64,000 nt of DNA from Candidatus Bathyarchaeota archaeon (lineage in GTDB: Archaea; Thermoproteota; Bathyarchaeia; Bathyarchaeales; Bathycorpusculaceae), in assembly GCA_963806535.1 (NCBI GenBank), contig CAWDYC010000003.1, positions 256,001 through 320,000 of the forward strand. The letters are read 5' to 3'. The notes below the pieces were generated by a model. The model did not search any database, was not told the DNA's origin, and was given only the letters and a program-made list of their open reading frames with translations. Of the stretch, positions 53,520 to 63,846 are shown in pieces (positions within the stretch are counted from its first letter, which is position 1; each line of letters begins with the position of its first letter). The position numbers and the translations under genes are program-made.

Positions 53520-53552
53520 TAGTCAATAAATCTTGACTAATCGCAGTCAAGA
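53520..53552. repeat. Perfect TAGTCAA-N6-TTGACTA palindrome plus extra half site
   Basis: TAGTCAA-TAAATC-TTGACTA then CAGTCAAGA. Confidence 0.8.
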
Positions 53553-53599
53553 CCCCTTTACGAGAAACCTTATAACAAAAACTGGTTCCAGATGTAAGT

Positions 53600-54904
53600 A
53601 TGGGTAGTTTCAACAAGAGCCTTTTACTATTTCTTACCCTTGCCCTATCCATTTCAAGCCTCTTAGTAGCTGATACTATCCCAGTTGGATTGGCTCAAAA
53701 CGGTACAAACGTCAACAGCGGAATAATAAACTCAGATACAACTTGGACCAAAGCAAACAGTCCCTATAATCTTACAGGTCCTGTAGCTATAAACCAAGGA
53801 GTCACATTAACCATAGAACCTGGAACAATTGTCAACCTTAATTATTTCTACATACAAGTAAACGGCACACTAATGGCGCAAGGAAGCTTGTCAGACCCCA
53901 TTATTTTCAATGGAGACAGAACAGGTGATGCCGTTCTTTCTTACGTTAACTTTTCACAATCCAGCAACAACTGGAATGAACAAAAAGAAACCGGCAATAT
54001 AATCGAAAACTGTCACATTAATGAAATCTCAATAAATGTAAATAACGCTTCACCGAAAATAAATAACAACCAAATAACCTCTAAAGAAGTATCGTATAAG
54101 GAAGGTGGAGGAATTTTCGTAAACGGTGGCGACCCAATAATTTCAAACAACAACATTAAAGCCAATGGAGCAGTTTCGATTAGTAACGGCTCACCTCTCG
54201 TTCAAAAAAACACGATCAGCGGATTTATGGGAATAATAGTAAGCGCAGGTTCACCGATAATTGCAAATAATGTTATGACTGGCATTGAATTTACAGGATG
54301 GACCACTGCAATTTCTTTCCCAGACGGAAGCACAGGCGATTCATATATTTCCGACAACACCATCAGCAATTATGACTTCGCAATTCAAGTGGTTCATTGC
54401 AGTAACATTATAACGATTCAAAGAAACCTCATCAATAACAGTACAATAGATACCTCTCAATCACAAGTCATAATTCAAAACAACACCCTAACGAATGCAT
54501 TGATTTACGTACATGCGGGACCAATCATAACTTATAATAATTTCCAAAATAACGTGAAGATTTCGTTGACAAGCTCAAGCAACGTTATCGCAACTTACAA
54601 CTGGTGGGGAACAACCAACCAGCAAGTAATCAACGAGACAATCCATGATTACAAGAACGATTTCAACTTAGGAACAGTAAACTTTGTCCCATTCTTGACA
54701 GCACCAAACCCGCAAGCAATTCCTAACATAACCGCATCAATTCCAACGCCTAATGTATCATCTTCTCCGATTTCAACGACTACCCCAGCGACTACTTTAA
54801 CGCCGACGGTTCCAGAGTTTCCATCATGGACAACCCTATTGCTAGCTGCTCTAATGTTGACGGGTGCCGGTTTGCTGGTTTACTTCAACAAACACAAACC
54901 CTGA
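53600..54904 (+). CDS. Surface protein with right-handed beta-helix, PEF-type anchor
   Basis: TWTKANSPY..LTIEPG, I.NN.I repeats, NWWG, PEFP-TM-NKHKP. Confidence 0.88.
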   Translation: MGSFNKSLLLFLTLALSISSLLVADTIPVGLAQNGTNVNSGIINSDTTWTKANSPYNLTGPVAINQGVTLTIEPGTIVNLNYFYIQVNGTLMAQGSLSDPIIFNGDRTGDAVLSYVNFSQSSNNWNEQKETGNIIENCHINEISINVNNASPKINNNQITSKEVSYKEGGGIFVNGGDPIISNNNIKANGAVSISNGSPLVQKNTISGFMGIIVSAGSPIIANNVMTGIEFTGWTTAISFPDGSTGDSYISDNTISNYDFAIQVVHCSNIITIQRNLINNSTIDTSQSQVIIQNNTLTNALIYVHAGPIITYNNFQNNVKISLTSSSNVIATYNWWGTTNQQVINETIHDYKNDFNLGTVNFVPFLTAPNPQAIPNITASIPTPNVSSSPISTTTPATTLTPTVPEFPSWTTLLLAALMLTGAGLLVYFNKHKP

Positions 54905-54910
54905 AAACAG

Positions 54911-55029
54911 ATCGCAATCTTGAATAAAATTATATTACTCAAAAAAAAATTCTGAGTGTTTGCGAAAGAACAACCTTAATTAAGAAAAATTTAGTGAAGT
55001 TGCGTACTTCTTGCGTTTCTTGCGTCATA
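54911..55029 (+). repeat. Downstream cassette repeat copy 2
   Basis: Aligns with 52368-52502. Confidence 0.85.
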
Positions 55030-55164
55030 TCCTCTTCACCAGTAATTTTTGAAAGGGGTTGCTGAGGCTCTTGAACAGACTAAAAGAAGAAGAGAAAAAA
55101 GCATTCACAACTTCTACAAACATCACATAATTAAAAGCTCACTTAAATCAAAAAGTGTATAACC

Positions 55165-55869
55165 TTAGGATTCTTTTCGTCTTGTCGTTATGACTCTAAC
55201 TATTACAGCCAAAGTTACAACAATTGCTAGCACAGCAGCGGTAATTAAGGCAACTGAATGTTGAATATAGAAAGGTAAGTTACTTTTGGTAGGCAAACTT
55301 AAGCCAAAATGCGCAATCGTAACATTACTGGCTGCAGAGTTGATGATCAATGTATTGTCGGGCAGGAGATTCCAACCTTGACCTTCGGCGAGAACATCAT
55401 TTTTGGGAATGATTACGCTCCACTCGGCTGGCTCAGTGGGGCCTGATGAGTTAAGGTCAAAGTTAACCATTTGCTGACCTTTGCCTTCCACTGTATAGCT
55501 CAGTAAGCTTACGGAAAATGAGTTATTGACTGTAACATAAGCCAATATTGTAACATTTGAATCCTGAGTAGAAATCGTCAAATTTCCAACGCTCTGAATA
55601 TCGTTTATTCCGAAACCGGGCATGCTTTGATTATTCAATGTTAAATCCGTGAATGTCCAGGTGTTATTCTTCAATGCTACTTCTGAATAGGAACCGTTTA
55701 CTGCAAAACTGATTGAGCCGTTAAGGTTGGGAATGGTGAATTTGTCGGCGCTTGTGAAAGTCTGGTTCGTTTGGGCTTGTGAAGTTGGAAAATAACAAGA
55801 AATTACCAATACTAATATGATAACCGCTCCTAATCCTATCAGGGTTTGTTTGTGGGTAGTTTTCTTCAA
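55165..55869 (-). CDS. Secreted, C-terminally anchored hypothetical protein
   Basis: Signal peptide, NxS/T-rich, terminal TM plus RRK. Confidence 0.8.
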   Translation of the reverse strand: MKKTTHKQTLIGLGAVIILVLVISCYFPTSQAQTNQTFTSADKFTIPNLNGSISFAVNGSYSEVALKNNTWTFTDLTLNNQSMPGFGINDIQSVGNLTISTQDSNVTILAYVTVNNSFSVSLLSYTVEGKGQQMVNFDLNSSGPTEPAEWSVIIPKNDVLAEGQGWNLLPDNTLIINSAASNVTIAHFGLSLPTKSNLPFYIQHSVALITAAVLAIVVTLAVIVRVITTRRKES

Positions 55870-55895
55870 ATCTTATCGCAGCACAAGAATTCTGT

Positions 55896-56909
55896 TCAAA
55901 ATGGAGTATAAGGCTTTTCGACGTTAACGCGAGTATGCAGTCTCAACGGGTTAATTATTGCTTTTTTCGGTACTTTTCGTCGATAGACAAACATTGCCAC
56001 TACAATGGCTATAAATGCAATCGAAATGGCGATAACTGGAAGGACAATTGAAGCGTTAAATAGCCGTTGATTGGCGTTTGGTTCAAGAACGGTTGCGTTG
56101 TTGGGGTAACCTTGGCTTTCCCAGTATCCAAGATAGTTTGAATCGTTCGAAACGTTGATTTCCGTTAACCACTCAATCCATTTGTACCCATACTGGTTTT
56201 TAGCTACTAGAAATAGAGGCCATCCCGTTCGGTCTGTTAGGGTAACGTTGTTCATTTTGTAGGCTATTGTAATATTGTTCTGTTTCACGTAGCTCAATGG
56301 TAGAGACGTTGAGTAACCGTCTTTTGCCAAGAAAATCAGAGTTGTTGCATTTGGGCTTACATCTACGTGCTGAAGAAGGTCCTCGATTTGTACCCCTTGC
56401 CATAATAAGGTTACACTCCATCCTTCCACACAGGGAAGAGTAGCCACTTGCAGAGTCGAATTGAAGTTGTTAACGATGTCATCGTAGCTATAATTTGTTG
56501 GGTTATTTAAGAGGCCAGTAATTGCTAATTGGTAGGTTGCTCTATCCAGGCTCTGTGTTCCAGCAATTGCAACGTCAGGATGCTCATTTAGATAATCGAT
56601 GTAAACACTAATGGGTGTTAGATTTTGGCCTTGATACTGACTTACTTCGTCTGGGAAAAGAGAAGATGTTGGTGTCGGATGTGAGATGAGAGTGGAGGTT
56701 GGAGTTGAAGTTGGAGTTTCAGTCGCTTTAATTGTTGAAGTTGGAGTTTTTCCGGTTGGAAAAGAAGTCGAAATAGGCGTTGAGGAAGGGGATGGAGTCG
56801 ACGAAGACTTAGAAAAGTTTTGAACAAAAAACACCACTGAAATAATTAATATGATAGCTACGAAAAGTAAAATCAGAATTGTTATCTTATTTCGTTTAGA
56901 AATTTCCAT
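55896..56909 (-). CDS. Membrane-anchored sulfite-oxidase-family molybdoprotein
   Basis: LPCVEGWS..WQGV, DGYSTSL, GWP, YGYKWIEW, GYWE.QGY. Confidence 0.88.
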   Translation of the reverse strand: MEISKRNKITILILLFVAIILIISVVFFVQNFSKSSSTPSPSSTPISTSFPTGKTPTSTIKATETPTSTPTSTLISHPTPTSSLFPDEVSQYQGQNLTPISVYIDYLNEHPDVAIAGTQSLDRATYQLAITGLLNNPTNYSYDDIVNNFNSTLQVATLPCVEGWSVTLLWQGVQIEDLLQHVDVSPNATTLIFLAKDGYSTSLPLSYVKQNNITIAYKMNNVTLTDRTGWPLFLVAKNQYGYKWIEWLTEINVSNDSNYLGYWESQGYPNNATVLEPNANQRLFNASIVLPVIAISIAFIAIVVAMFVYRRKVPKKAIINPLRLHTRVNVEKPYTPF

Positions 56910-57480
56910 CTATAATTCATTATTATGAAAGTTGTATTTATCGGTAACGAAACGCTCTATTTTTTGCTCACGGCAGCTTAGCATCAACATTTATTTCATA
57001 ATTTTTTCAATAAATATACATTGTTTCCTGAACCATGAATGAGACAAGCTCCATAGGATTTGAATTATTTTTGGTTCAAATCGATATCAACACTTTTTCA
57101 AAAAACATTTCTGGCGTTAAGATTGGTCGGATAACTATTCAACTAATCTTAAACAAAAAGCAAACAGAGCCAAACCTATTATGCTTAAGAATGACGGCCC
57201 ACTGGGAATGCAACTCCATGAAGCGATAAGTACACAACTCCTTTTCGGCTAACGAGAACGAATAAAGACCGTTGACCATATCGATTAATGCGAATAAGTT
57301 ATTTTAAGGTCCCTCCTGCAGGTGGAAAAAGTGGATATTTGGCATTTGTTTTGCTCTTGCCTCTTCTTCGAAATTATCACGCAATATGGCGTCAGGATCG
57401 ATGGTTTGATCCAAAAAGAATTCTTTAAACTTAGGTTTTATAGCAAAGTAATGCTTAGTAGGTGTTGGGAGAAAACAGGT

Positions 57481-57789
57481 TTGGAATATTTACTTCTCTT
57501 AATTTCTATTCTAGTAACATGTATAATCTTAAACTTGGGATTCAAACTTCGAATTTTTGAATCATCAAAACAAGAAGTGATTGTTCTTGTTTCACTTTTT
57601 ATTATTGGAACTGTTTTAGACAGCTTTGCAGTGTTGAGAGGATATTGGAGCTATAGTGAAAACGTAAACTTTTTTGTAGGAATAAAAATCGGTGTGTTGC
57701 CGATAGAGGAATACCTATTCATGATAGTTATTCCCTATCTGACATTAACAATCTTCGGATTAATAAGAAAAACAAGCGCAGTTCATTAG
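57481..57789 (+). CDS. Lycopene-cyclase-domain membrane protein
   Basis: D..AV..G.W.Y, G.LPIEEYLF. Confidence 0.78.
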   Translation: MEYLLLLISILVTCIILNLGFKLRIFESSKQEVIVLVSLFIIGTVLDSFAVLRGYWSYSENVNFFVGIKIGVLPIEEYLFMIVIPYLTLTIFGLIRKTSAVH

Positions 57790-58007
57790 TAATAAAGCCA
57801 AATCTGATTTTGCAGATGTAAACTGACCTTTATTTCAGTTTCGCATCAGTTTTTATTATCAAAATAGAAAAAGTGGCATGCCACCAACATACAAATTTTC
57901 GAAAAAGATGAAGAATGAAGAACTTGAACTCACAGCCAGAATAAATGATATGCAGTATTTTTCTGCGGAAAACAACGAATCCGAGTTGATTATATTTCTG
58001 CTGAGCA

Positions 58008-58442
58008 TCATAACGGAGAAGCGGAGGAAGGATAGCGGCCCATTGCTTCCAATATTTCATCTGAGAACGATGTTTTTCCGAGATTTCGCACAAAATCGGA
58101 AGCCACAACTATCCCAACTAACTTGTTCTGCTTCAAAACCGGAAGTCGCCTAATCTGATTATTTGACATCACTCTAGCAGCTTCTTTAAGTGAAACATCA
58201 GGATCAATCGTTATAAGAGTTTTAGACATAATTCCCGAAACTTTGGTTTCTCCAGGCAATTTTTTCGCGCAGACTCTTCGGACGATATCTCTTTCAGTAA
58301 CTATGCCAACAGGAACTTCGCCATCCATGACTACTAAACACCCCAGTTGATTAGAACTCATAAGCTCCGCTGCTTCAAAAACGCTATTATTAACGTCGAT
58401 TGAAACAACATCTTTTGTCATAATATCTTTCACTGATGGCAT
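58008..58442 (-). CDS. CBS-pair protein
   Basis: VKDIMT, GIVTERD, IRRLPV. Confidence 0.92.
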   Translation of the reverse strand: MPSVKDIMTKDVVSIDVNNSVFEAAELMSSNQLGCLVVMDGEVPVGIVTERDIVRRVCAKKLPGETKVSGIMSKTLITIDPDVSLKEAARVMSNNQIRRLPVLKQNKLVGIVVASDFVRNLGKTSFSDEILEAMGRYPSSASPL

Positions 58443-58510
58443 AAGCTTTCTTAAGAAGAATCGACCTAAAAAAGATTTTTAGGTCTCATTAAAAACTAAA
58501 GGGAAGTTTG

Positions 58511-60190
58511 CTATGCGTTTTCTGCGGATTTTGGTTGTTCATTAACGTATTTTCCGCCTCTAAACGCAGAGCAAACCGCAGCTATAATGCACAATACCGC
58601 ACCGATAATGAACGCTTCTCTAAGGGCAGTCATGAATGGTGCTGAAATCGCATTTGGGAAAAACGTTGATCCAGTGAGATAATTCATCGTTGATGCGGGT
58701 ATAGAGCTTACTAACGAAGCAGGAAGGGTGTGAAGTATAGTTGCGACAGGGTTGTAACCAAGAAACGCTCCAAATAGAGCGCCTGAGGCTGGAGTAGAAC
58801 TGAAGACGTGTGCAAGCTGCGGAGATGCACCAGCACTGGTAACTGCCGCCGTAAGGGCACCCGGAAGAGTTGCGCTAAGCGACACTATGATAATAGTGAA
58901 AAATACAGCCTGGCTTATCATCATCGCACTATTCTGTATGGTCGCACGCATTCCAGAAGCTGCACCTCGACACTCTGCAGGGATGGAGTTCATTATCGAT
59001 GCCATGTTAGGAGAAGCAAACACTCCACCACCAATTCCCATTACAAAAAGTACTGCAGCAAATGCTAAGTAAATAAAATCTACAGGAAGCAACACGAAGC
59101 CTATGAAAGCAACTGCGGAAATCACCATGCCTAAAGTAGCAAGCAACCTCGCTCCATGCTTGTCTGAGAGCCAACCGCTGATTGGCCCAGTTAAAACAAA
59201 ACCTATTGACATAGGAATCATGAAAATTCCAGCCCAAAATGGTGTCGAATCAAAGCTGTAGCCGTGGAGAGGAAGCCAAATCCCCTGAAGCAGTATAATG
59301 AGCATAATCATGACTCCCCCTCTTGACATTGAACTGAAAAATGAAGCAAGGTTACCAGCAGTAAATGCTCTTATCTTAAACAGATCAAGCCTAAACATTG
59401 GCTCAGCAACATGATTCTCTATGAATGGAAAAGCAACTAGGAGACTTACGCCTGAGACAAGGGAAGTAATGACCCATGGATTAGTCCAACCCATAGACGA
59501 GTTTCCATACGGTATTAAACCGTAGATGAAACCTGTCAAAACCAGTGTTAAGCCACCACCAAAAGCTATGTTGCCCCAAACATCCAACTTCTGGTGTTTC
59601 TTGATGTTGCATTGCTCTTTAAGCTTCAAGTATGACCAAACGGTACCTATCACGCCAACCGGGACACTTACCAAAAATACTAGCCGCCAGTCAATAATCG
59701 CTAAAACTCCACCAAGAACTAAACCAATTAAAGAGCCGGCAAGAAAAGCTATCTGGTTTATTCCAAGTGCTTTTCCACGTTCGTTACTTGGAAAGGCATC
59801 AGTTATTATTGCAGCACTATTTGCAAAGAGGAATGCACCTCCGATTCCCTGAACTATTCTGAAAACTATTAATTCGATGGCGCCCGCGTTACCTTGATTA
59901 GGGGTTATTGAAAGTAGTATCGAGCCAACCGTGAAGATCAGGAACCCAAGGTTATAGAGCTTCACCCGCCCAAACATATCCGAGAGTCTGCCAAAAGTAA
60001 CAAGCAATGTCGCCGTAACAATGCTGTACCCGAACAATATCCATAGCATATACTGGAAAGATGAGAAAGGATCAATGTTGATTCCTCGGAAGATGGCTGG
60101 CAACGCAATCATAACGATAGTGCTATCTATTGAAGCCATTAAAATGCCAAGAGTCGTATTCGAAAGCGCAACCCACTTGTACTCAACCAA
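58511..60190 (-). CDS. MFS transporter (14-TM DHA2-like)
   Basis: GRLSDMFGR, FPSNERGKALG. Confidence 0.92.
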   Translation of the reverse strand: MVEYKWVALSNTTLGILMASIDSTIVMIALPAIFRGINIDPFSSFQYMLWILFGYSIVTATLLVTFGRLSDMFGRVKLYNLGFLIFTVGSILLSITPNQGNAGAIELIVFRIVQGIGGAFLFANSAAIITDAFPSNERGKALGINQIAFLAGSLIGLVLGGVLAIIDWRLVFLVSVPVGVIGTVWSYLKLKEQCNIKKHQKLDVWGNIAFGGGLTLVLTGFIYGLIPYGNSSMGWTNPWVITSLVSGVSLLVAFPFIENHVAEPMFRLDLFKIRAFTAGNLASFFSSMSRGGVMIMLIILLQGIWLPLHGYSFDSTPFWAGIFMIPMSIGFVLTGPISGWLSDKHGARLLATLGMVISAVAFIGFVLLPVDFIYLAFAAVLFVMGIGGGVFASPNMASIMNSIPAECRGAASGMRATIQNSAMMISQAVFFTIIIVSLSATLPGALTAAVTSAGASPQLAHVFSSTPASGALFGAFLGYNPVATILHTLPASLVSSIPASTMNYLTGSTFFPNAISAPFMTALREAFIIGAVLCIIAAVCSAFRGGKYVNEQPKSAENA

Positions 60191-60304
60191 GGTTTTTCAC
60201 TGAAATTTTATTGGATGTGTATAGTGTGAGATAAAAAGATTGTCTCGCAAGCCCGGGTTTCAGAATAGCACGTACGACCCCTTTTCCTCTGAAAATGAAT
60301 TAAG

Positions 60305-60380
60305 CGGGCCCGCTGGGATTTGAACCCAGGATTCTCGGCTCCGGAGGCCGATGCCTTAATCCGTGCTAGACTACGAGCCC
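60305..60380 (-). tRNA. tRNA-Arg(CCG)
   Basis: GGGCTCG/CGGGCCC acceptor stem, TCGGC-CTCCGGA-GCCGA anticodon arm, GGTTCAAATCC T arm; CCA not encoded. Confidence 0.95.
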
Positions 60381-60425
60381 ACAATTGACAAACCAAATAT
60401 GACAGTTAATTTAAAGCTAACCTTG

Positions 60426-60935
60426 TTATTCCTGGATCAACTCTTCAGCTATCCACCAAGCCTTCTTCTTGCCAGACCGTTCGCCAGCGTAATATTCAAT
60501 TATGGATTTTCCAACTTGCTTTTTTGATGTTTTCTGAATTTTTCTAAGCCTGTTAAGTATGAGCCATCTGTTGGTTTTGACATATTCAGCAAGTTCAGGG
60601 GTGGTTGCGCTTTTATAATGAAGCAGATATTCCATTATTTTATGATCTAAATCATCGATGCAGTAAGAGTGAGGATTTATTTTTCCATGCTCAAAAGTTA
60701 GCAGTTCTAAGTCAGCCAAGTATTTTCTGATTTGACCAAATTCCTGTTCTATTTTGCCCATCCTATCTTCTAAAGCTAAGAGTTTATCGGCTTTAGGTGT
60801 TTTTTGAAGTTTTTCACTTATGGCTTCTCGAATAAAGTTGCTTCTGTCTCCTTCTGGAATACGCAAAGACATTTCTTGGAATACTTCTTCAGGAATCTTT
60901 ACTGTAACTATTCTGACCTCACTCAACACCGACAC
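60426..60935 (-). CDS. Ribbon-helix-helix plus winged-helix regulator
   Basis: IVTVKIP..RSNFIREAI; TTPELAE..RL. Confidence 0.75.
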   Translation of the reverse strand: MSVLSEVRIVTVKIPEEVFQEMSLRIPEGDRSNFIREAISEKLQKTPKADKLLALEDRMGKIEQEFGQIRKYLADLELLTFEHGKINPHSYCIDDLDHKIMEYLLHYKSATTPELAEYVKTNRWLILNRLRKIQKTSKKQVGKSIIEYYAGERSGKKKAWWIAEELIQE

Positions 60936-61144
60936 CTTTGCAATTCTTATGGATCCTCTTATTATTTCATGGTTTCTCTAAAGTTATCAATTTATAAAAA
61001 AAATTTGCCGCGGTTATCCTAAAGACACTATTTGGACCAAAAATAAACAAATGAATTTTTAATATCGATCGGCATGAAAATACAAAACAGTAAGGCAATA
61101 ATATTTATTTGGGAAGCACAAAGTAGAGGGTACGGTGACTTAAG

Positions 61145-62062
61145 TTGATTGACTGGTCCCAAAAAGAACTGTTAATTCTGGCATTTGACCATAGAGCTTC
61201 TTTTCTTGAAAAAATGTTTGAAATAAAAAATCGTAAACCCACACCTGATGAAAAAAAACAGATTGAAGATTATAAGAAAATAATTTTCGAAGGCTTCAAA
61301 CTGTCTATTAAAAAGTCCGTTCCGAAGGAAATTGCTGGCTTGCTGGTAGACGAAGAGTTTGGAAGCGGTGTTCTTCGAGAGGCAAAGAAAGATGGCTTAT
61401 CGTTTGCTATGCCCGTTGAAAAGTCAGGTCAAGAAGAATTTGACTTTGAATATGGAGAAAACTATGCTAAACACATTGAAGAGTTTGACCCTACTTTTGT
61501 AAAAGTCTTAGTTCGCTATAATCCCGAAAGCGATGCCACATTAAACAAAAGACAGCTAGAAAGGCTCAAAAAACTCAGCGATTACTTAGAGAAGAAAAAG
61601 AGAACCTTTCTCTTTGAACTTATCGTGCCCGCTTTACCAGCTCAATTGGCAAAACTTGGAGGATCAAAAGAAACCTACGATAAAGAGTTGAGACCGAAAT
61701 TGATGGTTGAAAGCCTCAAAGAAATTCAGGCTGCGGGAGTTGAACCGTCTATTTGGAAGTTAGAAGGCGTTGACAAACCCGAGTCTGCAAAAGCAGTGGT
61801 AAAGCAGGCTCAAAGCAACGGAAGAAAAGCAGGAGTAATAACTCTTGGAAGAGGAGAATCAAAGGAAAAAGTGCAAGAATGGTTAAAAGTTGGAGCCAAA
61901 ATACCGGGTATCATAGGATTTGCCGTTGGAAGAACAATTTTTTGGCAACCCTTAGCAGATTATAGAGCAGGCAAGAGTAATAGAAAAGAAGCAGTTGAAA
62001 AAGTTGCCCAAAACTACATTGAGTTCACTGACCTATGGTTAAACGAATGTAAAAGGAGATAA
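61145..62062 (+). CDS. DUF2090/LacD-like class I aldolase
   Basis: LAFDHR, VKVLVRYNP, WKLEG, LGRG, GFAVGRTIF. Confidence 0.82.
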   Translation: MIDWSQKELLILAFDHRASFLEKMFEIKNRKPTPDEKKQIEDYKKIIFEGFKLSIKKSVPKEIAGLLVDEEFGSGVLREAKKDGLSFAMPVEKSGQEEFDFEYGENYAKHIEEFDPTFVKVLVRYNPESDATLNKRQLERLKKLSDYLEKKKRTFLFELIVPALPAQLAKLGGSKETYDKELRPKLMVESLKEIQAAGVEPSIWKLEGVDKPESAKAVVKQAQSNGRKAGVITLGRGESKEKVQEWLKVGAKIPGIIGFAVGRTIFWQPLADYRAGKSNRKEAVEKVAQNYIEFTDLWLNECKRR

Positions 62063-62066
62063 GAAA

Positions 62067-63050
62067 ATGACGTCACTAAGATCTCTGTCTCCATCATTAA
62101 CAAGAATAACGACAGCTGGAGCAGTTGGAGCAGCTCTCCATATCGGTAAAGGTGACCCAGACAAAGTTGATCAAACCGCATTGGATTTTTCAAGAGCCGT
62201 TCTCAATCAAACTGAAGTAGATGGCGAAGTTATCTGTTGTGAAGGACCCAAAGATAACGCGCCGGCATTCAGTTACAAAGAAAAAGTCGGCACAGGCAGC
62301 GGGCCAAAAGTAGAATTCATTATTGACCAAGTTGACGGTACAACTGCAACCTCAAAAGGAAAGAAAGATGCCATCTCAGCTTTGGCATGTGCTCCTGCAG
62401 GCTGCTTGCAAGTTTTGCCCGATGACGGCTACTACTTTAAAGTCGCGACTAACGGTTTAGCAAAAGGAAAAATCAGCCTCGATATGTCAATCGAGGAAAT
62501 AGTGAAAACGATAGCCAAATTAAAGAATCGTCCTTTAGCAAACTTTACCGTAATTATGCTTGAACGCGAAAGACATAATGAATTACTGGCAAAACTGAGA
62601 AAACTGGGTGTAAGAATAATCCTCATTGCGGATGGCGACATCGCGGGCTCGATTGTCACATGTCTTCCTGACTCAGGTGTTGACTTGCTTATCGGTGCTG
62701 GCGCAGGGGCAGAAGCAACAATCGCTGCAGTGGCGGTGAAGTGCTTAGGCGGAACGATGCTTGTTAAGGTCTGGAAGGATAAGAAAGATGACGCCAAACG
62801 AATGGACAGATTGAAAGCAGAAGGCGTTGATATCGACAAAACATACACGGAAGATGAATTGGCGAAAGGTAACGAAATGATTTTTGCTGCCTCAGGCGTA
62901 ACGAAGGGTGAAATGCTCGATGGTGTGCGGTTCACTTCTGGCGGGGCAATCGTCCAATCCCTCTGTACACGGCTTCCAAGTGGCACTCTTGAATGGTCAA
63001 CGACTAACTTGAAATTTAGAGACCACCCGATATACAAACAAATAACTTAG
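62067..63050 (+). CDS. glpX: Class II fructose-1,6-bisphosphatase
   Basis: EG.KDNAP, D.VDGT, RERH, I.DGD, GVTKG.ML.GV. Confidence 0.85.
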   Translation: MTSLRSLSPSLTRITTAGAVGAALHIGKGDPDKVDQTALDFSRAVLNQTEVDGEVICCEGPKDNAPAFSYKEKVGTGSGPKVEFIIDQVDGTTATSKGKKDAISALACAPAGCLQVLPDDGYYFKVATNGLAKGKISLDMSIEEIVKTIAKLKNRPLANFTVIMLERERHNELLAKLRKLGVRIILIADGDIAGSIVTCLPDSGVDLLIGAGAGAEATIAAVAVKCLGGTMLVKVWKDKKDDAKRMDRLKAEGVDIDKTYTEDELAKGNEMIFAASGVTKGEMLDGVRFTSGGAIVQSLCTRLPSGTLEWSTTNLKFRDHPIYKQIT

Positions 63051-63122
63051 TTTTTTCTTTCTTCTACTTTTTTGTTTATTGATAGATTTGATGTTCAAAA
63101 CTTTTGAAATTTAAAGAAAAAT

Positions 63123-63689
63123 CTATTGTTCGGTATATATTGGTTGACCTGCTAACTTTGCGAGATAAAGATATCTCTGTTCAACAATTATGCGTAGCCG
63201 TTTTCGCATGTCTTCACCGACCGCGTTTTTCTTTTTTAATAAGGCGGTTTTTTTGACTAATTCCTCATCCCCGAGCATTTTAAACCAAGCTTCAAAGTCG
63301 CCTCGTTGCAAATGAAATTCGACTGAAGCTAAGTCAGCTTTATCGAGTTTGGTGGCGAAATCCCGAAGGTTATGTGCGTGGATACTCAAGGGTTTCCCAA
63401 CGGTGACGTAAAAATTGAATGCTTTTTCATGCGCTGCGTAAGATAATATCGCTGTGGCTTTTTCTTTGGTGATTTCGGGTACTCCCAAGACACCCTTTCC
63501 TTTTTCAGTAATGATATATTGCCCTTTTTCAGGCGAAATCACATAGCCCATTTTCGTTAGCCCTAAAAGATGCATCATAGTTGGTGGAAATTCTTTTTTG
63601 CTTTCACCGGCAATTTCTATGGCTTTCATTGGCTTTTCATTAAGAAGCATTGTTTCTAGTATTTCTTGTTTAACGGGTGATAAACTCAT
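63123..63689 (-). CDS. Winged helix plus DUF5752-like protein
   Basis: YIITEKG; AFNFY..G..AHNL..F..SVEFH..RGDFEAW. Confidence 0.75.
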   Translation of the reverse strand: MSLSPVKQEILETMLLNEKPMKAIEIAGESKKEFPPTMMHLLGLTKMGYVISPEKGQYIITEKGKGVLGVPEITKEKATAILSYAAHEKAFNFYVTVGKPLSIHAHNLRDFATKLDKADLASVEFHLQRGDFEAWFKMLGDEELVKKTALLKKKNAVGEDMRKRLRIIVEQRYLYLAKLAGQPIYTEQ

Positions 63690-63846
63690 TGACGGGCACC
63701 TTGTTCTTACTGCTATAGTCGAAGCATCTAATCAAACTTTTCGCTATTCTTTTTAGGTTTTTTCTCTTTCAAGTTGTTTTTGCAAATAAGTAAAGCTTTT
63801 AGTATATTGATAGCCAATGCTAATTGTAAATTGGTGACGGTACAGA

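Noticed and set aside
48399-57047. AATGAGACAA direct repeat (48399 and 57038) as island boundaries
   Set aside because: Only 10 bp with no supporting flanking similarity; could be chance
48400-60380. Provirus integrated at tRNA-Arg
   Set aside because: No duplicate of the tRNA 3' end found by eye, and no integrase or virion genes in this interval
62432-63037. 201-aa antisense ORF and similar shadow ORFs
   Set aside because: Lie opposite well-supported genes; codon-bias shadows
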